DNA of 64,000 nt. Origin: Pseudomonadota bacterium (GTDB taxonomy: Bacteria > Myxococcota > JACRCW01 > JAFGSX01). Shown here piece after piece: positions 38,698 through 48,907 of this stretch (the stretch's first letter is position 1; each line of letters begins with the position of its first letter). Under the pieces are notes generated by a model. That model did no database searches. It saw nothing but the letters and a program-made list of their open reading frames with translations, and was not told the origin of the DNA. Where the stretch lies: NCBI GenBank assembly GCA_043821645.1, contig JBDRCO010000031.1, positions 25,322 to 89,321 of the forward strand, in the 5' to 3' direction. The position numbers were made by a program, and so were the translations under genes.

Positions 38698-39966
38698 ATG
38701 CAGGTGGTGATCCTGGGCAATGGCGTGGCCGGCGCGACCGCGGCGCTACACTTACGCCAGCTGCAGCCGGACTGGCGCATTGTCATGGTGTCGGGGGAGT
38801 CCACCCACCACTACTCCCGACCGGCGCTGATGTACCTGTTCATGGGTCACCTGCGCTACAGCGACTGCAAGCCCTTCGAGGACAGAGTCTGGCAGCGCGA
38901 ACGCATCGCGCTGGTGCGCGACTGGGTGACCCGCATCGACGTCGAGAACGGGCGACTGGAGCTGCTGCGCGGCCAGCCCCTGGCCTTTGACCGCCTGCTC
39001 ATCGCCACCGGATCTGAGCCCAATCGCTTTGGCTGGCCGGGTCAGGATCTCGAGGGTGTGCAGGGCCTGTGGGGGCTGGGTGACCTGCATCGCCTCGTGC
39101 AGACCATGCCGCGGGTCGAGCGCGCGGTGGTGGTGGGTGGCGGCCTCATCGGCATCGAGCTGGGCGAGATGCTGCACAGTCGCGGCGTGCAGGTGACCTT
39201 TCTGGTGCGCGAGCCCTCGTACTGGAACAACGTGCTGCCCGATGAAGAGTCGGTCCTGGTGAATCGGCTGATCCGGCGTTCCGGTATGGAGCTGCGGCTG
39301 AACACGGAGCTGTCGGAGATCCTCGACGACGGGCAGGGTCGGGTGGCGGGGGTGATGACAGGGCAGGGTGACCGCTTGCGCTGCCAGCTGGTGGGCCTGA
39401 CCGCAGGAGTGCGGCCGAACATCACCCTGCTGCACCCGAGCGGCCTGAGCTGCGCGCGTGGTGTGCTGGTGGATGCGAGCCTGCGCAGCTCCGTGCCCGA
39501 GATCCTGGCGGCGGGCGACTGTGCAGAGATTCGCCCGGCCGACCACGAACAGACCCTGCTGCAGCAGGTCTGGTACACGGGCAAGGCCCAGGGCCGGGTG
39601 GCCGCCGAGGTGCTGGCCGGGCGCGAGGCGACGTACCAGCCCGATATCTGGTTCAACTCGGCCAAGTTCCTGAACCTGGAGTACCAGACCTACGGCCAGG
39701 CGGACCCGCGGCGAGCGGGTGCGGGCACGCTGTACTGGCAGCACCCGGACCAGCGGCATGCCCTGCGCATCGTGCATGCCGATGCCCAGATCGCCGGATT
39801 CAACGCCCTTGGTTTGCGCCTGCGCCATCGCGTGTGCGAGCGCTGGATCCGCGAGCAGCGCTCGGTGTCCGAGGTGCTCGACCACCTGGCCGACGCGGCC
39901 TTTGATCCCGAACTGTTTCACGACCACCTGCCCGCGGTCACGGCGGCGCTGAGGAGCCAGCTGTGA
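38698..39966 (+). CDS. FAD/NAD(P)-dependent oxidoreductase (pyridine nucleotide-disulfide family)
   Basis: GNGVAG, LLIATGS, VVGGGLIGIE, AAGDC. Confidence 0.92.
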   Translation: MQVVILGNGVAGATAALHLRQLQPDWRIVMVSGESTHHYSRPALMYLFMGHLRYSDCKPFEDRVWQRERIALVRDWVTRIDVENGRLELLRGQPLAFDRLLIATGSEPNRFGWPGQDLEGVQGLWGLGDLHRLVQTMPRVERAVVVGGGLIGIELGEMLHSRGVQVTFLVREPSYWNNVLPDEESVLVNRLIRRSGMELRLNTELSEILDDGQGRVAGVMTGQGDRLRCQLVGLTAGVRPNITLLHPSGLSCARGVLVDASLRSSVPEILAAGDCAEIRPADHEQTLLQQVWYTGKAQGRVAAEVLAGREATYQPDIWFNSAKFLNLEYQTYGQADPRRAGAGTLYWQHPDQRHALRIVHADAQIAGFNALGLRLRHRVCERWIREQRSVSEVLDHLADAAFDPELFHDHLPAVTAALRSQL

Positions 39967-41375
39967 CGATGGACGCGGGCCCTATCGATCTGGATCTCGA
40001 CGAGCGCACGCTGGGGACCGTGGCACCGGCAGGTCGGGGCCATGCTCGCGCGCGACCGCTACACGTGCTGGCCGGGGGACTGATCGGGCTGGGTGCGCTG
40101 ACCTGGCTGCTGGTCCTCTCGGGCGTGTTGCCTGCGGGATCGTGGTGGGTGCTGGGGCTGGCACTGGGGGTCCCTTCGGCAGGCGGCAGCTGGCTGTTCT
40201 GGCTGCGCTACCGCGGCCGCACTGCAGGCATACATCACGACGACACGACCTTTCGATCCAGCCAGGCCCGCGGCGTGCTGGGCTGGCTCCTGGCCGTGGC
40301 CTTTGTTGGCTTCTACACGCTGCTGTACTGGTGGCCCGAGCGCCTGGGCCGCGCCGTGGATGTGGTGGAGCCGCTGTCGCGCTGGATGCGGCACTCGCCC
40401 GCGGACCCTTGGTTCTTGTACGGTGCGCTGTACACCCTGGCCGTGGGGGTGTTCGGCCTGCGCATGCTGCTGCGCTACCGCCACGATCGCTACCAGCGTC
40501 TCCGCACCAGTTCGGTGATGTTGTTTCAGGGTGTGCTCGCCTTCGTGCTGCCTGGCGTGCTCAAAGCTCTGCACCAGCCCGAGTTCTACTTCACCTACTT
40601 CTGGCCCCTGAAGTACGGCTATGGCTGGCCTGGCGCCCGGGGCATGGGCTCCCTGTGGAGCGATCCGGGTGGTCTGGGAGCCTGGTTCGTGCTGTGGGGA
40701 GCCGCGGCGATCCTCGTCGTCACGCCACTGCTCACCTACCTGGTGGGCAAGCGCTGGTACTGCTCGTGGGTGTGTGGTTGTGGCGGTCTGGCCGAGACCC
40801 TCGGCGATCCCTGGCGCCAGCTGTCGAGCAAGGCCACCTGGGCCTGGATGCTGGAGCGTGTGCTGATTCACATCGTGCTGCTGTGGGTCGTGGTGGTCAC
40901 TGTCCTGTTGTGGATCGCCCACCTGGGTGGCGGCGTGGCCCCGGCCAGCGTGACCGCCAGTCTGGCCCGCTGGTACGGCTTTTTCATCGGGGCCTTGTTC
41001 TCAGGGGTCATCGGCGTCGGCTTTTACCCCCTGCTGGGCAGTCGCGTGTGGTGCCGCTTCGGCTGCCCCATGGCCGCGCTCCTGGGCATACAGCAGCGGC
41101 TGCTATCGCGCTTTCGAATCACCACCAACGGTGGCCAGTGCATGAGCTGCGGCAACTGCTCGGCCTACTGCGAGATGGGCATCGACGTCCGCGGCTATGC
41201 CCAGGCCGGGGCCAACATCGTGCGCGCCTCCTGCGTGGGCTGCGGTGTGTGCGCTGCGGTGTGTCCGCGCGGTGTGCTCAAGCTGGAGAACGGCCCACTG
41301 AAGGGGCGTTTTGTTGGCAGTGACCGACCCCTGCGCGCGGTGATGGATTCACTGCTCGACCCGCGTATCCCATGA
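39963..41375 (+). CDS. Membrane-bound 4Fe-4S binding protein (NapH/RdxA-like)
   Basis: Multiple TM helices; YCSWVCGCG, WCRFGCP, CMSCGNCSAYC, CVGCGVCAAVCP; GTGA overlap with the upstream gene. Confidence 0.9.
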   Translation: MTMDAGPIDLDLDERTLGTVAPAGRGHARARPLHVLAGGLIGLGALTWLLVLSGVLPAGSWWVLGLALGVPSAGGSWLFWLRYRGRTAGIHHDDTTFRSSQARGVLGWLLAVAFVGFYTLLYWWPERLGRAVDVVEPLSRWMRHSPADPWFLYGALYTLAVGVFGLRMLLRYRHDRYQRLRTSSVMLFQGVLAFVLPGVLKALHQPEFYFTYFWPLKYGYGWPGARGMGSLWSDPGGLGAWFVLWGAAAILVVTPLLTYLVGKRWYCSWVCGCGGLAETLGDPWRQLSSKATWAWMLERVLIHIVLLWVVVVTVLLWIAHLGGGVAPASVTASLARWYGFFIGALFSGVIGVGFYPLLGSRVWCRFGCPMAALLGIQQRLLSRFRITTNGGQCMSCGNCSAYCEMGIDVRGYAQAGANIVRASCVGCGVCAAVCPRGVLKLENGPLKGRFVGSDRPLRAVMDSLLDPRIP

Positions 41376-41445
41376 ACTGGCCACAGCTCTGAGCTGTCAC
41401 GGTGCCGGGCATCCGGGGACTGCCTGGAGCATCCTGGAAGCCATC

Positions 41446-41790
41446 ATGATTCTCGCGCTCCTGCTTTGTGCCTGGTTTGTGTGGACCCTGCCCGCCGCGA
41501 CCGCACAGGTCGAATCCGTCAAGCCCGTCGAATCAAGGCGCCGCGCATCCACTTCGTTCTGGTGTGCGGGGCGGCGGGATGCCCGCGCCTGCGCAACCAG
41601 GCGCTGACCGCGGCCAGCCTCGAGCACACCCTCGACGCCGCGGCGCGCGAGTTCGTGTCGCGCACCACCCGGGTCGACGGACAGCGTGTGACCACAAGCA
41701 AACTGTTCGACTGGTTTGCAGCGGACTTCTCGGCCAGTGCCGGCTCTGTGCCCCGTTTCCTGGCGCGGTATCTGCCCCAGCAGCGGGTCC
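41446..41790 (+). pseudogene. DUF547-family pseudogene (internal deletion plus frameshift)
   Basis: Signal peptide MILALLLCAWFVWTLPAATA in frame 1 abuts PRIHFVLVCGAAGCPRL...SKLFDWFAADF in frame 3 (from 41541). The N-terminal half of the domain is missing. Confidence 0.7.
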
Positions 41791-41827
41791 CGCCGCATCC
41801 GTTGGGTGGAAGGGCGAGGGCCGGTGC

Positions 41828-43138
41828 TCAGGCCGTGAGCTTACGCGGCTGTCCCGTGGCCTCGATGGTGTTGCGCCAGAACGAGCTGTCGAGGTCGATG
41901 CGCTTGGTGCCGGCGCACACGGCGCGCAGAGGGACGTGGGTGAAGCGGTTGAGCCACAGACCCATCACCATGCCGGTCTTGCCGGCCATGGCGGCGTGCA
42001 CCGCCTCCTCGGCGAGCTGGCCGCAGAAGATCGCGTCTCCGGCGTTGGCCGGGGCCGCGCGCACGATGTAGCTGGGGTCGATGTACTTGAGGCTGATGTG
42101 ATCCTCGCGCAGGCCCTGCTTGATGGCCCGGGACAGGAACACCCCGATGTCGCTCAGCTTGACGTTGCCCGAGGCATCGCGCTCGCCGCTCTGTTCCAGG
42201 TGACGCTGGCCCGCGCCCTCGGCCACCACCACCACGCAGTGTCCTCGACGCTGGATGCGCTGGCGGATCACCGACAGGACGCCCCGCTCGCCCTCGAGGT
42301 CGAAGGGTAGCTCGGGCACCAGCAGCAGGTTGACCTCGCCGCTCGCCAGGGTGGCCGAGGCCGCGATGAAGCCCGAGTGACGGCCCATCAGGCGAACCAC
42401 GCCAATACCGTTGGGTGCACCGACGGCCTCGACATGCGCCGCCTTGATGGCATCGGCCGCGCGCGACACCGCGGTGTCAAAACCGAAGGTGCGCTCGATG
42501 TAGGGCAGGTCGTTGTCGATGGTCTTGGGCACCCCAACAATGGCGATGGTCGCACCACGGCGGGTGATCTCCTCGTACAGTGCCAGCGCGCCGCGCATGC
42601 TGCCGTCGCCCCCGATGCAGAACAGCACGTTGATACCCAGCTTCTGCAAGGTGTCGACCAGGACCTCGGGACGTTGCGGGCCGCGGGACGAGCCCAGCAC
42701 GGTGCCGCCTTGCACGTGGATGTCCTTGACATCGTCGGGGGTCAGGAATCGCGGTTTGTCCGGGGTGTCTGGCGTGAGACCGCGAAAGCCATAGCGAAAG
42801 CCGACGATGCGGCGGACCCCGAAGGCATGCCACAGCTGCATGACCAGGCCGCGGATCACGTTGTTCATGCCGGGACACAGGCCGCCGCAGGTGACGATGC
42901 CCGCCGCCACCTCGTCGCCCTTGAAGAAATTGAATGCGCGGGCGCCCGCCAGCTGGAAGGCATAATCCGGGTCGCTGCCGTTGGAGGATACCGACACCCG
43001 TGCATCGTCCGCGGTGTAGTCCGAGATGCCGTCATCGCTGACCAGCGACAGGCCGAGGGGGGAGGGCACCGTGGCGGGCCCCAGGGTCGGGATGCTGAGG
43101 TCGATGTGCTGGGCGATCAGCTGCTTTGTCGTCGCCAT
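41828..43138 (-). CDS. pfkA: ATP-dependent 6-phosphofructokinase (PfkA superfamily)
   Basis: TCGGLCPG, GGTVLGSSRG, IGGDGS, PKTIDND, MGRHSG, YIDPSYIVR. Confidence 0.92.
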   Translation of the reverse strand: MATTKQLIAQHIDLSIPTLGPATVPSPLGLSLVSDDGISDYTADDARVSVSSNGSDPDYAFQLAGARAFNFFKGDEVAAGIVTCGGLCPGMNNVIRGLVMQLWHAFGVRRIVGFRYGFRGLTPDTPDKPRFLTPDDVKDIHVQGGTVLGSSRGPQRPEVLVDTLQKLGINVLFCIGGDGSMRGALALYEEITRRGATIAIVGVPKTIDNDLPYIERTFGFDTAVSRAADAIKAAHVEAVGAPNGIGVVRLMGRHSGFIAASATLASGEVNLLLVPELPFDLEGERGVLSVIRQRIQRRGHCVVVVAEGAGQRHLEQSGERDASGNVKLSDIGVFLSRAIKQGLREDHISLKYIDPSYIVRAAPANAGDAIFCGQLAEEAVHAAMAGKTGMVMGLWLNRFTHVPLRAVCAGTKRIDLDSSFWRNTIEATGQPRKLTA

Positions 43139-43156
43139 GCAAGGCTCCTCGGCCGC

Positions 43157-45136
43157 TCAATGCGGCGGCGCGGTGGCAGGGACCAGGGCCTCGAACTCGG
43201 CATCGCCATGCAGGCTGGCCAGGTCCGGATCCGCGCGCACCGGCGTGTAGGTCAGGCCCGCGTCCAGCGCGCGCTTGAGCAGGGGCAGGGCGCGGCTCCT
43301 GTCGCCGGCCAGCGCCCAGTAGCAGGCCAGGTTGTAAAGCCCGAGGGGGGTCGCGGTGAGCTTCTCGGCCGCTTCAGCTGCAGTCCTGGCCTCGTCGCCA
43401 CGGTCCGCCTTCTGCAAGGTGACCACGAGCAGCGAGCAAGGCAGCTGCACCTGACCCAGCTCGCAGGCGCGGGCGTAGGACGCCGCAGACTCGTCGCGGC
43501 GGCCAAGGGCAGCCAGGGCGTAGGCCAGGGCCTGATGGCTGCGCCAGTACGAGGGTGCCAGCGCCAGCCCCTGCTGAGCGCGGGTCAGCGCCTCGGCCAG
43601 GCGCTGGGCGTCGACCAGGGCGCTGCTGAGGATGCCCAGGGTCCAGGCATTGGTGGGATCCAGGCGCAGGCTCTCGTCGAGATCCTCGAGGGCGCCCTTC
43701 ACGTCGCCACTGACTTGTTTGGCCACCGCCCGGTAGCGTAGCAGCCAGGCGCGGGCGGCCGGGGCCAGGTTGCCGGCGTCGAGCACGCGGCTCCACTGGT
43801 CGCGGGCGGCCTGGGCCTGTCCCTGCTTGAACACGATGAAGGCGCGGTAGAAATCGATGTAGGGATGACCCTGGCCACTGCGCTCGAGCGCCTCGACACT
43901 CTTTTTCAGCGCATCCAGATTCGCACTCGAGGGCTCGGCGTCCCAGGTCATGGTCAGGGCGTGGGTGCGCAAGGCCAGAGCGGTGGAGTCCGTGGGCTCG
44001 ACCTCGACCAGGCGTGCGGTGGCGACCAGCGCCCGCCCGAACTCACCCCTTCTCAGGGCACCCACGGCCTCGGTGAAGTCGGGTCGTGCCTGCAGCGCAG
44101 GGCTGCCTGTGAGGTCGGTGATGTAGGCATGTCGCTGCGGCACCTGGGCGCCGAGCTGCACCGCCAGCTCCTGGGCCAGCTGGGCGGCCAGGGACAGCAC
44201 CTCGCTATCGCGGCCCTGCTTCTGGATGCCCCACAGCAGCCTGTTCTCGACGGGGTCGACCAGGGTCAGCGCCACATGGATGGTGTCGGCGTCGCGGCGG
44301 ATGTCGCCCCCGAGCAGTCGTCCCGCCCCGAGACGGGTCGCCGCCCGGGCACGTCCGGCAGCATCGCGACGCAGCAGTTCGTCGTCGGGCGAGGGCACCG
44401 GTAAGACATGCAGATCGCTGGCCGGCGCCAGGTTGACGGCCACCGCCTGCGAGAAGCTGAGACCGAGGTAGCCGACGGCATCGCGTTGCCCTACCACGTC
44501 GAGGGGCAACACCAGCACGGTGTGCGGATCCACCTCGACCTGGCGGACGCGCTGTATCCACACCACCAGCAGTGCCACCACCAGCAGCGTCGCGGCCACT
44601 GCGATCAAGGGCAGTGTCAGGCTTCGTCGGGGTTCCAGCACCACGGTCGGGGGTACCGAGAAGACCTGGGCGGCGGTTTCCACGGCGGGGCTGGCCGGGG
44701 TGGCATCGGATTCAGCAGGTTCTGGTGTGTGCCCGGTGGTGTCTGCCACCGCCTTCGCATCCTGCGCTCCCTTCACCGGCGCAGCGGTTTCGCCGGGCAG
44801 GGGGGCGTGTGGTTCCTGCTCCGGGCCGCGCCTGACCACCTCGACCACCGGGCCCGGTTTGTCGGACGCAGCACCCTTGGGCTCGGCCACCATGACGCGG
44901 ATGTGGCGCCCCTTGAGCTCGTGGCCGGCCAGGGCGTCGATGGCCTGCTGGGCCTGCACCTCGTCCTGCATCTGCACGAAGCCGAAGCCGCGTGAGCGAC
45001 CGCTGTTCCAGTCGCGGATGACGCTGACCTCAAGCACGCTGCCCACGCCGGAAAACAGCACGCGCAGATCGTCCTCGCTGACGTCATCTGCCAGGCTGCC
45101 AATGAACAGGCGGTTGCGCACGACGGGCTCGGTCAT
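43157..45136 (-). CDS. RRM domain, linker, TM helix, TolB-N/FlgO-like and TPR domain fusion
   Basis: RNP2 LFIGSL and RNP1 RGFGFVQM; TM LPLIAVAATLLVVALLVVWI; TVLVLPL...LLGGDIRR...LVD...LLW; TPRs ending YNLACYWA. Confidence 0.85.
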   Translation of the reverse strand: MTEPVVRNRLFIGSLADDVSEDDLRVLFSGVGSVLEVSVIRDWNSGRSRGFGFVQMQDEVQAQQAIDALAGHELKGRHIRVMVAEPKGAASDKPGPVVEVVRRGPEQEPHAPLPGETAAPVKGAQDAKAVADTTGHTPEPAESDATPASPAVETAAQVFSVPPTVVLEPRRSLTLPLIAVAATLLVVALLVVWIQRVRQVEVDPHTVLVLPLDVVGQRDAVGYLGLSFSQAVAVNLAPASDLHVLPVPSPDDELLRRDAAGRARAATRLGAGRLLGGDIRRDADTIHVALTLVDPVENRLLWGIQKQGRDSEVLSLAAQLAQELAVQLGAQVPQRHAYITDLTGSPALQARPDFTEAVGALRRGEFGRALVATARLVEVEPTDSTALALRTHALTMTWDAEPSSANLDALKKSVEALERSGQGHPYIDFYRAFIVFKQGQAQAARDQWSRVLDAGNLAPAARAWLLRYRAVAKQVSGDVKGALEDLDESLRLDPTNAWTLGILSSALVDAQRLAEALTRAQQGLALAPSYWRSHQALAYALAALGRRDESAASYARACELGQVQLPCSLLVVTLQKADRGDEARTAAEAAEKLTATPLGLYNLACYWALAGDRSRALPLLKRALDAGLTYTPVRADPDLASLHGDAEFEALVPATAPPH

Positions 45137-45250
45137 CGATGCCGACCTCGCAGCGGAGCCCGTCGACGCGGACGCCAGCGGCGCACATCTTGCGACGGCG
45201 GCCAGCGGCGGTCAACACACGCTCAGGATGGAGGGACTCGGCCGAAACGA

Positions 45251-46126
45251 TCAGTGCCCCGCGGCAGGGCGTGGAGGCGCTCGCTCGTCCCATTGCTCCA
45301 GGAACTGCCCGAGGCGCCGCAACAGATCGGACAGCGAGTCGGCCACGTACAGGACGGGCTGGAACCGGGTGACGTCGTAGTCACGGCGGCCCATCTCCGC
45401 GAAGTCGATGGGGCGCAGTTCGGCCTGGTGCATGGCCGCCAGCTCGCCCGCCGACGACAGCAGACCCGCGCCGTAGGCCCGGACCTCGCCATCCTCGACC
45501 AGGGCGCCGAACTCGACGGTGTACCAGAACACCTTGGACAGGAAATCGATGCCGGCCTCGGTGCGGGTGCGGCGCACGGCCGTGCCCACCAGGCGATTGA
45601 TGCCCGCGAACAGCGGGCTGGCCAGCATGACCGCGTGCCCCATCAGCTCGTGCACCACGTCGGGCTCGGGAGTGTACAGCGGCGCCGAGTGGTGGCGGAT
45701 GTACTGGGTGGCCAGGAAGGTGTCGTGGGCTAGCACCGACAGAAAGACGCGCGGCGTGACCAGACCCGCCACGGGCTCGAGGCGAAACTTGCTCAGGGGC
45801 TCGATGCGGTGCGAGACCTCCCGCAGCTGTGGGATGCGGTCCCCGGGCAGGTCCAGGCGCTCCAGGGAGGCCAGGTACTCACTGCACGCGTGGCGCGCAT
45901 GAACGGGGGCCAGAGCCTGGCGGACGGTGGACCAGACCTGCTGCTCCTGTGCGCTGTAGGCGGTGTCAGGGATGGGGTCGCCGGGTCTGTAGTCCACCGC
46001 GATCTGGGCGATGGCGTTGCGCCGCGCACGGTACTGCTCGTCGCGGAAGCCCGGATGATCCGGATCCAGCTCCACCACGGCGCGCTGCCCACCCGCCAGC
46101 CTGACCACGGCCTCGCTGGTATCCAT
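45251..46126 (-). CDS. phhA: Phenylalanine 4-monooxygenase (pterin-dependent aromatic amino acid hydroxylase)
   Basis: DHPGF.D..YR.RR, TQYIRH, YTPEPDVVHELMGH, WYTVEFG, YGAGLLSS.GE. Confidence 0.93.
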   Translation of the reverse strand: MDTSEAVVRLAGGQRAVVELDPDHPGFRDEQYRARRNAIAQIAVDYRPGDPIPDTAYSAQEQQVWSTVRQALAPVHARHACSEYLASLERLDLPGDRIPQLREVSHRIEPLSKFRLEPVAGLVTPRVFLSVLAHDTFLATQYIRHHSAPLYTPEPDVVHELMGHAVMLASPLFAGINRLVGTAVRRTRTEAGIDFLSKVFWYTVEFGALVEDGEVRAYGAGLLSSAGELAAMHQAELRPIDFAEMGRRDYDVTRFQPVLYVADSLSDLLRRLGQFLEQWDERAPPRPAAGH

Positions 46127-46332
46127 GGCGTTGTCCTGTCTCGCCTCACGGTCGAACATGCCTACCTCGCCGCACAGCCCCGGCGTGCTGGCAGCATCTA
46201 CCTAGCGCGTTCTGTAGCGGCCGCAGCCAGCAGGCCCAGTATGCTTGCGACCGAGCCGAACCAGCGCTGGTTGCACCTGCCTGTTTGGTGTAAACAAGCC
46301 TCGTATTTCGACGAGCAGAGGGACGCACGGGC

Positions 46333-48432
46333 GTGGCGGCCAACGAGCAATTCACACCTCACTGGTTCGGGGACTACGAGCTGTTACAGCCGCTCGGGCA
46401 TGGCGGCATGGCCGAGGTGTTTTTGGCGCGCTTCAAGGGCGCCATGGGCTTCGAGAAGGTGGCGGTGGTCAAGCGCATGCTGGCACCCCTGGTCAAGCGC
46501 CCGGACCTGGTGAAGATGTTCGTGGGGGAGGCCAAGCTGGCGGTGCAGCTGCAGCACGCCAACATCGTGCAGATCCTGAGCCTCGAGGAAGTCGAGGGGC
46601 GGCCCTTCATCGTCATGGAGTACGTGCACGGCCGCGACCTGCACCATGTGCTGCGGCGCTCGCAGGACCTCGGCGCGCCGCTCCCGGTCGATTTCGGGCT
46701 GCACTGCATTGTCGAGATGCTGCGTGGCTTGCACTACGCACACCAGGCCAACGGTCCCGATGGCAAGCCACTCAACCTGGTGCATCGCGATGTCACGCCC
46801 AGCAACATCTTCATCTCCTTCGACGGCGAGGTGAAGCTGGGGGACTTCGGTGTGGCCCACGCCACCGGCGAGGAAGCCGGACACGGCATGCGCGGCAAGC
46901 TCAGCTACATGGCACCCGAGGTGGTGCAGGGGCAAGCCGTGGACGCCCGCGCCGACCTGTTCAGTGCCGGTGTGGTGCTGTGGGAAACCCTGGCCCAGCG
47001 CAGGCTGTTCGTGGGCAAGAGCAGCGTCGAGATCCTGGGCCGCATCGGCAGCCTGGATCCGCCGCCACCCTCGAAGTTCAACTCCAGGGTGGCGCCGGAT
47101 CTCGATCTCATCGCGGCCCGCGCCCTGCACAAGGACCGCGAGCAGCGTTTCCAAAGCGCGGTGGAGTTCGAGGAGGCCCTGAGCGACTTCCTGTTCGCGC
47201 GACGGTTGCGCTGGACGCGGCAGCGCATCGCCGACGTCATGCGCGCGCATTTTGGCGAGGAGAGCAAGCCCCTGGTGCTGACCGCCTCGCCGCCGCAGGA
47301 GCGCCTGCATACCCCGCTGTCGACGAACGTGGCGGACATCACCACACAGCGCCTGGCGCGGGAGCTCCGCGGAGCGTCGGTGATTCCGGTGACACCCATC
47401 GGGATGGACGACGAGAACCCCTGGAGTGACTCCATCGAGTCCCACATCGTGCACATGCACGACAGCGAGGAGACCATCAGCTCGCTGGAGGGGCTGCGGC
47501 TGCACGAACACCAGCTCCGGATCCAGCTCCTGACCCAGCCCGACGTCGTCGAGATGAGCTTCATCGACACCCTGGCCCTGCTGCGCGACAACCCGCAGCA
47601 GGTGCGCACCCTCGGTGTGGTCGGGGACCGCCACATCTCGCGCCAGCGCTTCGGCGCCCTGACCTACTGGGACAGCCTGCTCGGCTACCACGAGCCGCAG
47701 ATGCCACCCGTGGTCGAGACCAGCCTGCGGGTGGTGAGCCCGTGCCGGCTGCTCTACGAGGCCACGGTGCGCCGCATGAGTGGGCTCATCGTGCTCGAGG
47801 ATGGGGACGGCCGTCAGCAGCGCATGCTGTTCCTGGACCAGGGCTACCCCGTGTACGTGCACAGCAACGCGCCCGACGACGGCGTGCTGGCCATCGCCCA
47901 TGCGCACACCCTCATCGAACCGAACCTGCTGTACCAGGCGGTGTGCCGGGTAGCCGACGAGGGCGTGGCCCTGGATCAGGCCATGGCTGTGCTGGTCCCC
48001 GAGGCTGGCGATCGTTACGAGCGGCTGTTCTCGGCCATGGTGCGCAGTCGCCTGATTGCCTCTTTCGGCTGGGAGCGCGGCCGCTTCCGGGTGTTCTCAC
48101 AGGCCCAGGCTCCCACCCGGCTGCAGACGCGCATGCCGCCTCTGCTGGGTCTGCTGATCCGGGCGACCCTGCGCGAGATGCCGCTGGCCCTGCTCGAGAC
48201 CTACCTGTCCCCGCATGCGGGGCGGGCGCTGCAGCTCTCCGGCTCGCGGCGCGACCATGTGTCCGCATTGCGCCTGCGGCCGGTGGAGGCCAGAGTCGCC
48301 GACGCCGTCGACGGCAGCCGTTCTTTCGAGGCGATCCTGGAGACTGTGGCGCCGACCTCGGCCGAAGAACACCATGCCTGCCTGGGCGCGCTGTATGTGC
48401 TGCTCGAAACGGGTGTGGTGAGGCAGGTCTGA
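46333..48432 (+). CDS. Ser/Thr protein kinase with DUF4388-like C-terminal domain
   Basis: GHGGMAEV, VVKR, HRDVTPSN, DFG, YMAPE, DLFS; C-terminal SGLIVL...LFLDQG...FGWERGRFR. Confidence 0.92.
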   Translation: MAANEQFTPHWFGDYELLQPLGHGGMAEVFLARFKGAMGFEKVAVVKRMLAPLVKRPDLVKMFVGEAKLAVQLQHANIVQILSLEEVEGRPFIVMEYVHGRDLHHVLRRSQDLGAPLPVDFGLHCIVEMLRGLHYAHQANGPDGKPLNLVHRDVTPSNIFISFDGEVKLGDFGVAHATGEEAGHGMRGKLSYMAPEVVQGQAVDARADLFSAGVVLWETLAQRRLFVGKSSVEILGRIGSLDPPPPSKFNSRVAPDLDLIAARALHKDREQRFQSAVEFEEALSDFLFARRLRWTRQRIADVMRAHFGEESKPLVLTASPPQERLHTPLSTNVADITTQRLARELRGASVIPVTPIGMDDENPWSDSIESHIVHMHDSEETISSLEGLRLHEHQLRIQLLTQPDVVEMSFIDTLALLRDNPQQVRTLGVVGDRHISRQRFGALTYWDSLLGYHEPQMPPVVETSLRVVSPCRLLYEATVRRMSGLIVLEDGDGRQQRMLFLDQGYPVYVHSNAPDDGVLAIAHAHTLIEPNLLYQAVCRVADEGVALDQAMAVLVPEAGDRYERLFSAMVRSRLIASFGWERGRFRVFSQAQAPTRLQTRMPPLLGLLIRATLREMPLALLETYLSPHAGRALQLSGSRRDHVSALRLRPVEARVADAVDGSRSFEAILETVAPTSAEEHHACLGALYVLLETGVVRQV

Positions 48433-48461
48433 TCCTGCCCTTGCTCCACGCTGTCCACCAC

Positions 48462-48857
48462 TCAGGCGTCACCGAGGACGGTGAACTCCACCAGGGCGAG
48501 CACGCGCCCCGAACGAGCTCCCGCCTCCCGGATCTCGAGTTCATAGCCGCCAGGCAGCGCATCTCCCGGCACCTCCACCTGCCACGCAGCGCGACCCGCC
48601 ACCTCCGCCGTCGTGCTGGTCACTGCCTCCCAGCCCAGGGCCGGGCAGCGCAGCTCGAGCGGGCCAGCGACGGCGTCGGTCGCCACCAGCTCGACCCACA
48701 GAGGCTCCCCTGCGAACACCGCGTCACGCTCCACCCGCGCTTGCACGCGGGTCTGGGCCGGCGCTTCTAACAGGTCGGCGAAGCCCAGCAAGGGGGCGAG
48801 GCCGTCGGCGAAGGGGCTTCCCATCAGCAGGGTCAGGACCAGGGTGTGCAGGAACAT
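48462..48857 (-). CDS. Small exported beta-sandwich-like hypothetical protein
   Basis: GGAGG RBS; hydrophobic N-terminus; VPGDALPGGYELEI. Confidence 0.65.
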   Translation of the reverse strand: MFLHTLVLTLLMGSPFADGLAPLLGFADLLEAPAQTRVQARVERDAVFAGEPLWVELVATDAVAGPLELRCPALGWEAVTSTTAEVAGRAAWQVEVPGDALPGGYELEIREAGARSGRVLALVEFTVLGDA

Positions 48858-48891
48858 GGCCAACCTCCGGTGCGTGTCTGCTGCCTGCATT

Positions 48892-48907
48892 CGCACACGC
48901 CATGCCA
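48892..48907 (-). promoter_or_regulatory. Possible sigma54 promoter
   Basis: Minus strand TGGCATGGCGTGTGCG has GG/GC at consensus spacing, with an AT-rich tract upstream (48917-48947). Confidence 0.5.
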
